Shown here: in pieces, positions 17,592 to 29,861 of the stretch
How positions within the stretch are numbered: position 1 is the first letter of the stretch
Layout of the letters: every line of letters starts with the position of its first letter
NCBI RefSeq assembly: GCF_006345805.1
Contig: NC_043012.1
Coordinates: 46,066,001 to 46,130,000 of the forward strand
DNA: 64,000 nt
Source: Octopus sinensis
Lineage: Eukaryota
Direction: 5' to 3'
Notes under the pieces: model-generated
Told to the model about the DNA's origin: nothing
The model's input: the letters and a program-made list of their open reading frames with translations, nothing else
Database searches by the model: none
Program-made: the position numbers and the translations under genes

Positions 17592-19840
17592 ATGGATGCA
17601 TATCACATAGATTATTCTATGAAAAATATACCGATCCCATCAAAGGAATTTTACTCTAAGAAACTTCTACAGAAAATTACTGATCTAATTAAGCGTATGA
17701 GATGGAAGGCTTTCTTTTTTGATACAGAAGCGGACACCACGGAAAACATTTACTATCGTATAAAATCCAAAAAATTCCCTCCCAGGATTAAGGGCTTGGA
17801 AGATTTCGAAGCGGACCTGCTGAAAATTATGAGCAAAATAAAATTTCGTAAGTCATTTAACGATTTTCAACATAAATTAAAAAAAGATATTAAACATATA
17901 AAAAGCTCCAAGAAAAAAGCACTTTTTTCGGATAAAACCAAGAACTTATACCTGGTAGTTAACAGCAAATACACACAACAGCATCATTAATAATTATACT
18001 AAGGCTAGGGCACAGACATATACCGAAATTAATAAAGAAGCTAGCGTCATCGCCGCTAAACTTAAATTAGATAAAAAAAAATAGAAGCCCTCCCCCAAAA
18101 AGAGGCCTTTGTTACTATTAAAGATCACAAAGAAAACTTCCTTTCCAACCCTAAATGTAGGCTTATCAACCCAGCCAAGTCAGAACTTGGGATTATTAGT
18201 AAAGAAATTTTAGATAAAATAAATACGAAAATTAAGACCGATACTAGGCTAGTACAATGGTCCAATAGTATAGAAGTCGTAGACTGGTTTAAAGCTATTA
18301 AGAATAAGAAAAAAGTGAGGTTTACACAATTCGATATTGTTGATTTTGATGCCTCTATCTCTAAAGAACTGCTAGATAAAGCCCTCATCTTCGCTAGCGA
18401 CTTCATAGAAATTAGTACCAATGATAAGGACATAATCTTCCATGCTAGAAAGACATTACTTTTCAGTGAGAACGCAAAGTGGGTAAAAAACACCGACACA
18501 GAGGGCGCTTTCGATGTGAGCATGGGTTCATATGATGGGGCAGGCATCTGTGATCTAATTGGACTTTTTCTCCTAGATACCTTAGGTAAGACATTCCCTA
18601 ACGTACATTTCGCCATCTACAAAGATGATGCCCTCGCCTTAACAGCTAATACAAATGGACCAGCACAAGATCGTTTTAGGAAGGATATTATCCAGTTAAT
18701 GAAATACTTCGGACTTAGTATAACTATAGATACTAACCTGACGGTTGTCAATTTCTTAGAGGTTTCCTTAGATCTTAATAAGAATATTTATAAGCCTTAT
18801 AGGAAGCCCAATGATAGACTAAGTTATATTAATGTAGGTTCATGCCATCCCCCTATAGTATTCAAAAATTTAGTTTAAAATATTAGTAAGAGGATTTCTA
18901 GCCTCTCCTCTGATAAGGACATCTTCAATAGCGTTGCCCCAGTTTATAATAAGGTTTTAGCATGTATAATTTATATATATATATATATATAATTTATATA
19001 TATATGTATAATTTATATATATATAAAGGATGGGTGACAAGAATGTAGAGTAAGTGTAGAAGCGAAAAAACACATTAGTGCGTTCCGGATTCTTAAAATG
19101 GTTTTAGCGAAAAAATAAAATATACACCTATCACCAGCCCAACAGTAAGGAAAAGGAATAATAGAAATAGGAAGGTCATCTGGTTTACGCCCCCTTACTC
19201 AACCGAGGTGGCCTTCAATATAGGTAAATATTTCCTAGCACTGATAGATAGACATTTTCCAGTTAACCATACTTATAGGAAACTCTTCAATAGACACAAT
19301 TTAAAAATTAGTTTTAGTTCAACTACCAATTTTAAAAACATAATCAAACATAACATACAAAAAACACAACAAGAAAACAGCTGTTCATGTAGGAATAAAG
19401 AATTGTGCCCGCTAAATGGAGCTTGCATGTCCAAGACCATCATATATGAAGCTACCGTAAACTCTATAACCACTAAAGACACCCTTTCGACGAAGAAATA
19501 CGTGGGCCTTACAGAGGGTAATTTCAAGGCCAGGTTCAATAACCACACTTTGAGCTTTAGGCACTGGAACAAAAGAAAAGCGACACAATTATCTAATCAT
19601 ATTTGGTCTTTAAGAGATAAAGGTGTCGATTATAACATACAATGGAAGATTTTGGCCAGATGTAAGCCCTATACCAACGGCAGCGGAAGGTGCGGTCTAT
19701 GCGACATGGAGAGATGGCTTATCTGGAAAAGCAGCTTAGACCCTACTACATGTCTAAATACAAGGACAGAACTTTTCGGATCATGCCCATATGTGACTAA
19801 ATTTCTGTTACGTTTTTGGTCCCCTAAAGAAAACAGATAG
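17592..19840 (+). pseudogene. PLE RT-endonuclease ORF broken into segments 17592-17990, 18315-18878 and 19208-19840
   Basis: Colinear domain order across frameshifts, a TAA stop and one insertion. Confidence 0.85.
18962..19099. mobile_element. Short insertion ((TA)n + ~75-bp module) with 9-bp flanking duplication GGTTTTAGC
   Basis: ggttttagc at 18953-18961 and 19100-19108; the module recurs at ~23677-23752. Confidence 0.65.
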
Positions 19841-20031
19841 AACATGCTTTCTATGTTATGTCCCAAGAAGATTTTATATATTTTTAATATTTTTATATAT
19901 TTTTTATGTATTTTTATATAATTTTTATGACGAAAAATGCGAGCGATGTATAAGTACGCAGGCAAGCAGAGTTATAACACAGTAATTTCCCTTTATTTAA
20001 CGGTATTTTTTCATAGCGTTTTCAAATAGCC

Positions 20032-20094
20032 AGATAACCGAAGAGATGGTGTTGTGGAATTCCACTTCGGCATCTGAAACTCAGAGTTTTATCT
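20032..20094 (+). ncRNA. Type I hammerhead-like fold at PLE 3' end (U4C core)
   Basis: agataa-CCGAAGA-gatg[..gtggaattccac..]catc-t-GAAA-ctc.a.gag-TT-ttatct; 6-bp stem I, long stem II. Confidence 0.6.
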
Positions 20095-20124
20095 TGACTA
20101 CCGAGTAAAGTAACATATTATTGT

Positions 20125-20167
<43 letters not shown>

Positions 20168-20182
20168 ACATATATATATATC

Positions 20183-20271
<89 letters not shown>

Positions 20272-20294
20272 TATATATATATATTATATATATA

Positions 20295-20598
20295 TTATAT
20301 ATAGAGGGCATTATACATACATGCCAGGAGGCATTATACATACATGCCAAACGCTAAGAGGGACAATCAGTCATTTCTACCAAAAATATTACTAATCCCA
20401 CCGAATGCAATTTTCAAAGTAAGACATTTAAAAATATAGACCTGTATCACAGTGATTTCATACTTACGTAATCATCAGCAGGCCTGAATGTATTATAAAT
20501 AAACAACGACCTTGCCCCGCTTAAGCCGATCAGCTAACTGATCAACATCAACGAAGCACATGGGTGAGTTTATATATATTACATCCAGGTAAATGGCA
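20295..20598 (-). repeat. Inverted partial copy of the 478-bp unit, including one HHR (20438-20485)
   Basis: Reverse complement of the array unit from tgccatttacc through the HHR to ccctctatata. Confidence 0.95.
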
Positions 20599-23261
20599 GG
20601 TCTATACAGGTCTATATTTTTAAATGTCTTACTTTGAAAAATTGCATTCGGTGGGATTAGTAATATTTTTGGTAGAAATGACTGATTGTCCCTCTTAGCG
20701 TTTGGCATGTATGTATAATGCCTCCTGGCATGTATGTATAATGCCCTCTATATATAAATTAATATGTTCAATAAGAAATAATTATTTTCGAAATTGTTTC
20801 TCTTATGAGGTTTTTACGCTATCTACCTGACAATTTCTTGTTAAGTTTTCCTTATTAAGTGGTTGTCCTTAATTGCTAAATTTTTATTCCGAAAAAACTT
20901 TTCCTCTCCCGAAATACAATTCGTAAAAGTTTGCCATTTACCCGGATGTAATATATATAAACTCACCCATGTGCTTCGTTGATGTTGATCAGTTAGCTGA
21001 TCGGCTTAAGCGGGGCAAGGTCGTTGTTTATTTATAATACATTCAGGCCTGCTGATGATTACGTAAGTATGAAATCACTGTGATACAGGTCTATATTTTT
21101 AAATGTCTTACTTTGAAAAATTGCATTCGGTGGGATTAGTAATATTTTTGGTAGAAATGACTGATTGTCCCACTTAGCGTTTGGCATGTATGTATAATGC
21201 CTCCTGGCATGTATGTATAATGCCCTCTATATATAAATTAATATGTTCAATAAGAAATAATTATTTTCGAAATTTTTTCTCTTATGAGGTTTTTACGCTA
21301 TCTACCTGACAATTTCTTGTTAAGTTTTCCTTATTAAGTGGTTGTCCTTAATTGCTAAATTTTTATTCCGAAAAAACTTTTCCTCTCCCGAAATGCAATT
21401 CGTAAAAGTTTGCCATTTACCCGGATGTAATATATATAAACTCACCCATGTGCTTCGTTGATGTTGATCAGTTAGCTGATCGGCTTAAGCGGGGCAAGGT
21501 CGTTGTTTATTTATAATACATTCAGGCCTGCTGATGATTACGTAAGTATGAAATCACTGTGATACAGGTCTATATTTTTAAATGTCTTACTTTGAAAAAT
21601 TGCATTCGGTGGGATTAGTAATATTTTTGGTAGAAATGACTGATTGTCCCTCTTAGCGTTTGGCATGTATGTATAATGCCTCCTGGCATGTATGTATAAT
21701 GCCCTCTATATATAAATTAATATGTTCAATAAGAAATAATTATTTTCGAAATTTTTTCTCTTATGGATTTTTTACGCTATCTACCTGACAATTTCTTGTT
21801 AAGTTTTCCTTATTAAGTGGTTGTCCTTAATTGCTAATTTTTATTCCGAAAAAACTTTTCCTCTCCCGAAATGCAATTCGTAAAAGTTTGCCATTTACCC
21901 GGATGTAATATATATAAACTCACCCATGTGCTTCGTTGATGTTGATCAGTTAGCTGATCGGCTTAAGCGGGGCAAGGTCGTTGTTTATTTATAATACATT
22001 CAGGCATGCTGATGATTACGTAAGTATGAAATCACTGTGATACAGGTCTATATTTTTAAATGTCTTACTTTGAAAAATTGCATTCGGTGGGATTAGTAAT
22101 ATTTTTGGTAGAAATGACTGATTATCCCACTTAGCGTTTGGCATGTATGTATAATGCCTCCTGGCATGTATGTATAATGCCCTCTATATATAAATTAATA
22201 TGTTCAATAAGAAATAATTATTTTCGAAATTTTTTCTCTTATGAGGTTTTTACGCTATCTACCTGACAATTTCTTGTTAAGTTTTCCTTATTAAGTGGTT
22301 GTCCTTAATTGCTAATTTTTATTCCGAAAAAACTTTTCCTCTCCCGAAATGCAATTCGTAAAAGTTTGCCATTTACCCGGATGTAATATATATAAACTCA
22401 CCCATGTGCTTCGTTGATGTTGATCAGTTAGCTGATCGGCTTAAGCGGGGCAAGGTCGTTGTTTATTTATAATACATTCAGGCCTGCTGATGATTACGTA
22501 AGTATGAAATCACTGTGATACAGGTCTATATTTTTAAATGTCTTACTTTGAAAAATTGCATTCGGTGGGATTAGTAATATTTTTGGTAGAAATGACTGAT
22601 GTCCCTCTTAGCGTTTGGCATGTATGTATAATGCCTCCTGGCATGTATGTAATGCCCCTATATATAAATTAATATGTTCAATAAGAAATAATTATTTTCG
22701 AAATTTTTTCTCTTACGAGGTTTTTACGCTATCTACCTGACAATTTCTTGTTAAGTTTTCCTATTAAGTGGTTGTCCTTAATTGCTAAATTTTTATTCCG
22801 AAAAAACTTTTCCTCTCCGAAATACATTCGTAAAAGTTTGCCATTTACCCGGATGTAATATATATAACTCACCCATGTGCTTCGTTGATGTTGATCAGTT
22901 AGCTGATCGGCTTAAGCGGGCCAAGGTCCTTGTTTATTTATAATACATTCAGGCCTGCTGATGATTACGTAAGTATGAAATCACTGTGATACAGGTCTAT
23001 ATTTTTAAATGTCTTACTTTGAAAAATTGCATTCGGTGGGATTAGTAATATTTTTGGTAGAAATGACTGATTGTCCCTCTTAGCGTTTGGCATGTATGTA
23101 TATGCCTCCTGGCATGTATGTATAATGCCTCTATATATAAATTAATATGTTCAATAAGAAATAATTATTTTCGAAATTTTTTCTCTTACGAGGTTTTTAC
23201 GCTATCTACCTGACAATTTCTTGTTAAGTTTTCCTTATTAAGTGGTTGTCCTTAATTGCTA
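20597..23261 (+). repeat. Tandem array of ~478-bp units (~5.5 copies), retrozyme-like
   Basis: Anchor 'tacaggtctata' at 20605, 21084, 21563, 22041, 22519, 22990 (periods 479, 479, 478, 478, 471); units nearly identical; bounded by TA-rich microsatellite. Confidence 0.97.
21045..21092 (+). ncRNA. Type I hammerhead ribozyme (also 21524-21571, 22002-22049, 22480-22527, 22951-22998)
   Basis: aggcctg-CTGATGA-t.tac-GTAA-gta.t-GAAA-tcac.t.gtga-TA|caggtct; 7-bp stem I, canonical core, GNRA loop II, predicted cleavage after 21085. Confidence 0.85.
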
Positions 23262-23630
23262 TATATATATATATATATATATATATACTCACAAACGCAC
23301 ATATATATATTTAAATATACACACATATTCATAGATATGTATACATATATGTATACACATATGTACACACACGCACACATATATATATATATGTATATAT
23401 ATATACACACACAAACACACACACACACATATATATATATATTCATATATATATATTACATATATATATATATATATGCAATTATACACGCACACACACA
23501 CACACACACACACGCACACATATATAAGCAAAAATGCTAGTTCTAAAATCTCTCCCAATGATCAACGCAGTAGTTCGTAGTAATTCGTAGCCAATTTAAC
23601 ATGGCTTTCCTTTCAAACGGTCTCTACTAT

Positions 23631-23681
<51 letters not shown>

Positions 23682-23987
23682 GATGGGTGACAAGAATGTA
23701 GAGTAAGTGTAGAAGCGAAAATACACATTAGTGTGTTCCGGATTCTTAAAATGAAACCTCTGAATCGAGGTAAAATATTCCACTAGAACAATAGTTGGCT
23801 ATAATAAATATATAACTCCAGTTGATAGTAAAAAGACAATAAATAGCCAAGCAAATGTATATGCCATTAAGTCCTTTCTGTTAAAGGCACAAGGTCTGAA
23901 ATTTTTGCTCCTCAACTGGTACTTATCTTATCACACCCGAAAAGAGGAAACGCGATGCCGACTTCGGTGGAACTTGAACTTAGAATA

Positions 23988-24650
23988 GGCGCAGGAGTGG
24001 CTGTGTGGTAAGTAGCATGCTTACCAACCACATGGTTCCGGGTTCAGTCCCACTGCGTAGCACCTTGGGCAAGTGTCTTCTACTATAGCCTCGGGCCGGC
24101 CAAAGCCTTGTGAGTGGATTTGGTAGACGGAAACTGAAAGAAGCCCGTCGTATATATGCATATAAATATATATATTTCTTTACTACCCACAAGGGGCTAG
24201 ACACAGAGAGGTCAAACAAGGACAGACAAACGGATTAAGTCGAATACATCAACCCCAGTGCGTAACTGGTACTTAATTTATCGACCCCGAAAGGATGAAA
24301 GGCAAAGTCGACCTCGGCGGAATTTGAACTCAGTACGTAGCGACGGGCGAAATACCTCTAAGCATTTTGTCCAGTGTGCTAACGTTTCTGCCAGCTCGCC
24401 GCCTATATATATAAATATATATATATATGTATGTATGTGTCTGTGTGTTTGTGTTTATGTCCCTCCAACATTGCTTGACAACCGATGCTGGTGTGTTTAT
24501 GCTGGTGTGTAACTTAGCGGTTCGGCAAAAAGGCCGATAGAATAAGTACTAGGCTTACAAAGAGTAAGTCCTGGGTTCCACTTGCTCGACTAAAGGCGGT
24601 GCTCCTGAATGGTTGTAGTTAAATGACTGAAACAAGTAAAAGAGTAAAAG
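23988..24650 (+). mobile_element. CORE-like SINE split by a nested SINE
   Basis: 5' half 23988-24152 and 3' half 24440-24650 of the family at 16346. Confidence 0.85.
24176..24403 (-). mobile_element. Meta-domain-like SINE nested in the internal TA tract of another SINE
   Basis: Same family as 10167-10394. Confidence 0.85.
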
Positions 24651-25439
24651 AGGGAGTTACAAAATAATACACATTTCGTCCGACGTAGTAATTAGCCTGC
24701 CCATTTACTGTTGTATATTTGTCATCAGATCATTTATAAAAGATGTTACATGAATACTTTTGTCGAATCGGCTCGTTAATGTATGACCCAACCAGGCGTA
24801 CATACCGAAACAATAATGCTCGTTAAAAATAATTAGGAAATGCTATAAATACATGACATTATAAGTTAAGACGGTCACACACACATAAACACACACATAT
24901 ACATACACACACACTCTCACACACAAACGTTTGTATCTCTTTACCTTGTGTGTTGCGAGTGAGAGAGGAAGAGAAAGAAAATGTATCACGTTGGTAAAGT
25001 TTGTGAATAAAATATTGTCGTCCGTTTTCGATGAATACGCAATTGACGTACAGAAACTTAAGAAGATTGCAGAAAATTTCTTGGCTTTAAGGGTATCACG
25101 ACAGGCCTGGTTGGAGGCCTAACTTTCTGAATTCTTCTACAGGGCTTAGAAAAACAGGAGACCCGCTGCAGTAATCGTATGAATGTGATAGAGGATTATG
25201 TTGAATAAAATCATAATTAACTGATCCTCGTGTATTTTCTTTTACTCGAAACAAGGAACTTGTCAGCACCTGCTGGTAATTCTATTCGTAGTTGCGTACA
25301 ATACTATGGAGTTACGTAGAATGCGTATAATAAATTACTTATTATGGCTTCTTGCCCTTGACTGAAATGTCTCAATTGTAAATGTTTGTAATTTTTACAT
25401 GCTCCAAAGGAGATCTGTATGTCTATATAGAGAGAGTTT

Positions 25440-25640
25440 ACGAAAAAAAAAACAAAAGACGAAGACAGGTGGTGTACAAAACAAACAGATGTATTAGTAT
25501 AGCGCTCAGGAATAGAAAAAAGTCTTACGTTTCGAGCTTACGCTCTTCTACAGATAGGGACACAGAACAAATAAGGAGAGAAACAAGGAAAGAAAAAAGG
25601 TGTGTAGTGGCTAACGATCTATCATGGCGTCTGAATGTCT
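25440..25640 (-). mobile_element. Short repeat, PLE 3'-end-like, with HHR-like motif CTGTAGA
   Basis: Homologous to 48440-48610 and 51375-51545. Confidence 0.6.
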
Positions 25641-27385
25641 ATGTATTGATATATACAGAGACTTTAAATGTGACTGGTAAGTCATCTGTTTAGCAAATTC
25701 TTGTAATAATAAGGCCAGAAATTTTGTTGAATGATATTCTGTTGGTTATTTCGTTCCCATTATCATATTTCCAAATTCTCTTTTAGGTGTACTTCATGAA
25801 GATTTTCATAAAGTATGCAGATACGACTGCTTCAAATTCATTATAAATCGCTGTTACGTTTTCTACCTTGTGAAAATATATATTTCTGAAGAAAAGATAT
25901 AATTCAATAATTTATTTTGAATCTTCTGTGAGAGTATTAAATCCATTGAAAAGTGTTTTAGAATTAGCTTTATTATAACGCTCCCAACATTATTTTTAAA
26001 TAATTGACAATACGTAATAGCCATAAATTACACTTTCTTTTAATACTATTCATTCATTCGTTATAATATTTCGTGAACTTTCTTTGGAATATATATTCGT
26101 AATAATCGACATTTTAAAGTATGAAATATTTATGTACAATAGAATTTTCGCAGAGATATTTTCTGTTCTATACTAGATAATGTGACCGACATTCATGTGG
26201 CAAAACAAACTTTACAGACGATAATTCATTCACATAAGTGTTACAATCTCCACCTATGCAGGGAGTTTCTGCATCATTTTTTTCTACTTTTGTTGTAATT
26301 TCTATCTACGTTCTGCGTTAATAATTCTACAAATTTATGATTATCGCAAACGCTCATTCTTCTTATCAACAGCAATATGATATTTCTCTAAAGTGAGTTG
26401 CACAGAATAGATGCCCATATATTAATCATCTAACAACCTACTCGAATCTAACAATATTAAAGCAAAACTGAAGGTCTCGGTCTACTGGAAAATAATTTTC
26501 AAATGACATGATCTTGCACCATCATCTATAAAACCAGTCTATCTTTTAAATCTCTCTCTATTTTCAGACCGGTTGCAGATAAAGCGTAAAAAAAAAGAAC
26601 AACAGCAACACCTTTTTGGGGTTGGCGACTTCGGAATCGCGTCGCAATGTTTGCTTAGCTTTAGTCCTTAATTGAATAATTTTGTCAGGCTGAAACATTT
26701 TCATAGTATAAGCGACCTCTTTAACTGTTGATCATAAATCCAACAGCTAATGAGATTTTTTAAAAAATGGTGAATATGAAGAAATAAAAAAGTGAATAAA
26801 TCCAGGTAAAAATACATTAAGCGGTATTTAGTGTTCTCTATTCTATTAAATATCGACTGAATAAATTTTGAAATGTAATTATTATTCTGTCGAATGCAAA
26901 TCCTCCAAGGGATTTGTGTTCGACAGTTCAAAATAATGAAATACACGCTAATTAGGTAGACCCTTCATTTCCTTTTTTCCCCCTTCTTTTGCAGATGAGA
27001 AATTTCTGAAACAAGAAGGTGATTTCACAGCATGTGTACGGAGATTTTCTGGGTTTAAATTTTGCAGTAAAAAACAAAACTGCGAAATCAATGCTATGGC
27101 AAAAACCAGTATTTTAATAATTTTTGTAGACAAGTATGTGGTGTATCTCAAGAGATTTTATTCAAATGAATTATTCTGAATACATGATAAGCTAAGCGTG
27201 GACTTACGACAGACGCCAACATAAATTTTGCGCATAAATATTATCGATACCTATCTCTACAACAAAAATACGAGAAAGCATATAAAGAGGGGGAGAAAGA
27301 AAATAAGGATAAATGATAGTCACTTTGCATATTTCCTTGAGAAAATTCTGAATGAAAACAGTAACTTCACCTCATTTTCTCACGG

Positions 27386-27419
<34 letters not shown>

Positions 27420-27489
27420 TGTATGTATGTATGTATGTATGCTGGTATGTATGCATGTATACATATAACGGCGTACACCTTTGCTCACC

Positions 27490-27798
27490 TCATAGTAAGT
27501 TTTCTTTTCTCGCCCTTTTCAAGCCTAGCCAGGCTCATGGGCCCGGTTTCCCGGTTTCTGCGGCGTATGTGTTTCCCCCAGCTGAACGGGACTCAGTCAA
27601 TCGCAGCGTTACTCAAGAAACAGGAAGAGAGAGTGAGAGAAAGTTGTGGCGAAAGAGTACAACAGGGGTCACCACCACCCCCTGCCTGAGCCTCGTGGAG
27701 CTTTTAGGTGTTTTCGCTCAATAAACACGCTCAACGTCCGGTCTGGGAATGAAACCGCGATCATCCGACCGCAAGACCGCTGCCCTAACCACTGGGCC
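27490..27798 (-). mobile_element. tRNA-derived SINE, third family
   Basis: - strand head ggcccagtggttagggcagcggtcttgcggtcggatgatcgcggtttcattccc with A/B-box-like motifs. Confidence 0.7.
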
Positions 27799-28121
27799 TT
27801 TGTGCCTCCACCATATAGAAAATATGTATCTAAATTTTTGTACGATTATTTTACTGTATTTTAGTCCCCCTCATACTTTCTCTCTCTTTTGTTTTTCTCG
27901 CTCCCCCTCTCTGACATTTCTTGGCCCTCGCATTCTTTAACTCCCACTTTTCATCCTCGTTCATTTTCCCTTTATCTCTTTGATCTTTTATTAATCCTAA
28001 ATCCCACTGCTCCTGCCCCTCCTTCCACGTGACCAGTGTAAATCTAGTCATGATCTCTCTTTCTTGCCCTGACTGCTACCCATCAAAACCTCTTATGTCC
28101 TTCTCCTATGTTCCTGTCTTT

Positions 28122-28566
28122 AGATCGAACAGTCTCAAGTATAACAACCTGAAACTGTGAGAACGTCTGTAACTTGACTGACGAAAGAAGGCCGCGAATA
28201 CAAGCCCATTTTTCCTATCCTTCTAATTACTTTTCATGTCTGCCTTTTGTTGTCCGCTATGGCGTTTTTATTCCTATGTTTTATATTTATATATACATAT
28301 AACGGCGTACGTACACCTTTGCTCACTTTCTAGTAAGAGTAAATACATACGTGCTCCAGCATGGCCACAGTCAAATGACTGAAAGAAGTAAAAGAGTAAA
28401 GAGTATACATATATATATATTTATATATATATATATATATATACATACCGTATATATAGAATATATATAGGGGGGAAAAGGGGCCTGTATTCGCGGCCTT
28501 CTTTCGTCAGTCAAGTTACAGATGTTCTTACAGTTTCAGGCTGTTACACTTGAGACTGTTCGATCT
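28122..28566. repeat. ~94-bp inverted repeats (28122-28215 / 28474-28566) around a ~260-bp spacer
   Basis: agatcgaacagtctcaagt...gaaggccgcgaataca versus its reverse complement, ~90% identical by eye. Confidence 0.85.
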
Positions 28567-29373
28567 GGTAATTCCCCAAAAAGTTTAAGCTAAGAGCATT
28601 AGATTAGATTTTTTTGTAAGAAAGCTAACGAATATGTCAGACAACAAAGGCAAATGCGGAGAACATGGTATTATAAATACAAACAACATAAATATTACAA
28701 CATAAATTTTAAATTTTATATATATATATATATATATTTATTCAGTAGATGACTACAGCATCTTGTTTTGGCTACACGCGGGTGGGAAGGGGTGTTGACA
28801 CATCGTTTCATTCACAAATTTGAATTCGGTGATACTAGTTGAGGATTCTAGCTCCTCTGATACTGAGTTGAGTTGGTACCTCCTAGTATCTCAAAATTCA
28901 ATATATGATCATTTATGATTATAGTATTCCACGCTGAAGAGAAAAGAAGTTCGGTAAGATAGAATTATTTATATTTAATATTTAATTTATGCTTTCCTAA
29001 AATTGATTCGAAACGTACGTCAGATAACTTTAAAAAGTTTGATAGATTGCGTTAATTCATCTCTTTACCGTTTGTGTCAGCCTTCCAATTGCTGTTTTAC
29101 TGAGATCTCCCTTTTAGTAGAAGAAATAGCTATACCCTTGACTGCTATTTCTAAATTCGGTATGTGGTAAGGCAATTCGTTGCTGAACCCTTATTGCTTA
29201 GTATATATATATATATATATTACATATTATATTAATTATATTTATATTATTTGTTATTTATGTATTGGTTTATGTCTATCACTGTTTGAGTTGCCTAATA
29301 GTGGTTTTATCTCTAATTCATATACATATACGTATCCTATATATATATATACACTATGCATATATACACACAG

Positions 29374-29411
<38 letters not shown>

Positions 29412-29444
29412 TATATTACTACATCTTTCTATAATTTCATGTAT

Positions 29445-29843
29445 TTGTTTTAGTCATGTGACAGCGGCGATGCTGGAGCACCGCTTTTAATCAAAGAAAT
29501 CGTCCCCAGGACTTATTCTTTTGATCTCTTTTGCCGAATTGCTAAATTACGGGGACGTAAACGCACCAACATCGATTGTCCAGCGATGGTGGGGGAAAGA
29601 CACAACACACAAACTTAAACGCACACGCGCACACACATACACTCACACACACACACACACACCCACACACACCCACACATATATATATATATATATACGA
29701 CGGGCTTCTTTCAGTTTCTGTCTACCAAATCCACTCACTAGGTCGGCCCTAGGCAAAGACAAGTGCCCAAGGTACCACACAGTGGTACTGAATCCGGAAC
29801 CGTGTGGTTGGCAAGCAAGGTACTTACAGCCACTCCTACGCCT
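29445..29843 (-). mobile_element. CORE-like SINE, full length
   Basis: Reverse complement of the family at 16346. Confidence 0.8.
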
Positions 29844-29861
29844 ATAAAGAAGAAATGGAAT

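Larger units (their letters stand above)
17488..20120 (+). mobile_element. Near full-length Penelope-like element (Naiad-like), inactivated
   Basis: N-terminus KNIPIPS...RMRWKAFF; RT motifs AFVTIKDHKENF, RLINPAKSELG, FDIVDF, SMGSYDGA.ICDLIG, YKDDAL, FLEVSL; linker CSCRNKELCPLNGAC; GIY-YIG IIYEA...KYVGLTEG.FKARF..H; frameshifts and stops. Clade assignment is from recalled motifs. Confidence 0.88.

Noticed and set aside
17592-19840. Selenocysteine read-through in the Naiad-like ORF
   Set aside because: The breaks seen are frameshifts, a TAA stop (18876-18878) and an insertion, not in-frame TGA
20597-23261. CRISPR array or satellite with coding unit
   Set aside because: Units are identical end to end with no unique spacers; longest ORF is 71 aa without motifs; eukaryotic context
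23630-23800. Helitron 5' end (tctactatata...)
   Set aside because: No A|TC junction and no 3' hairpin plus CTRR|T end
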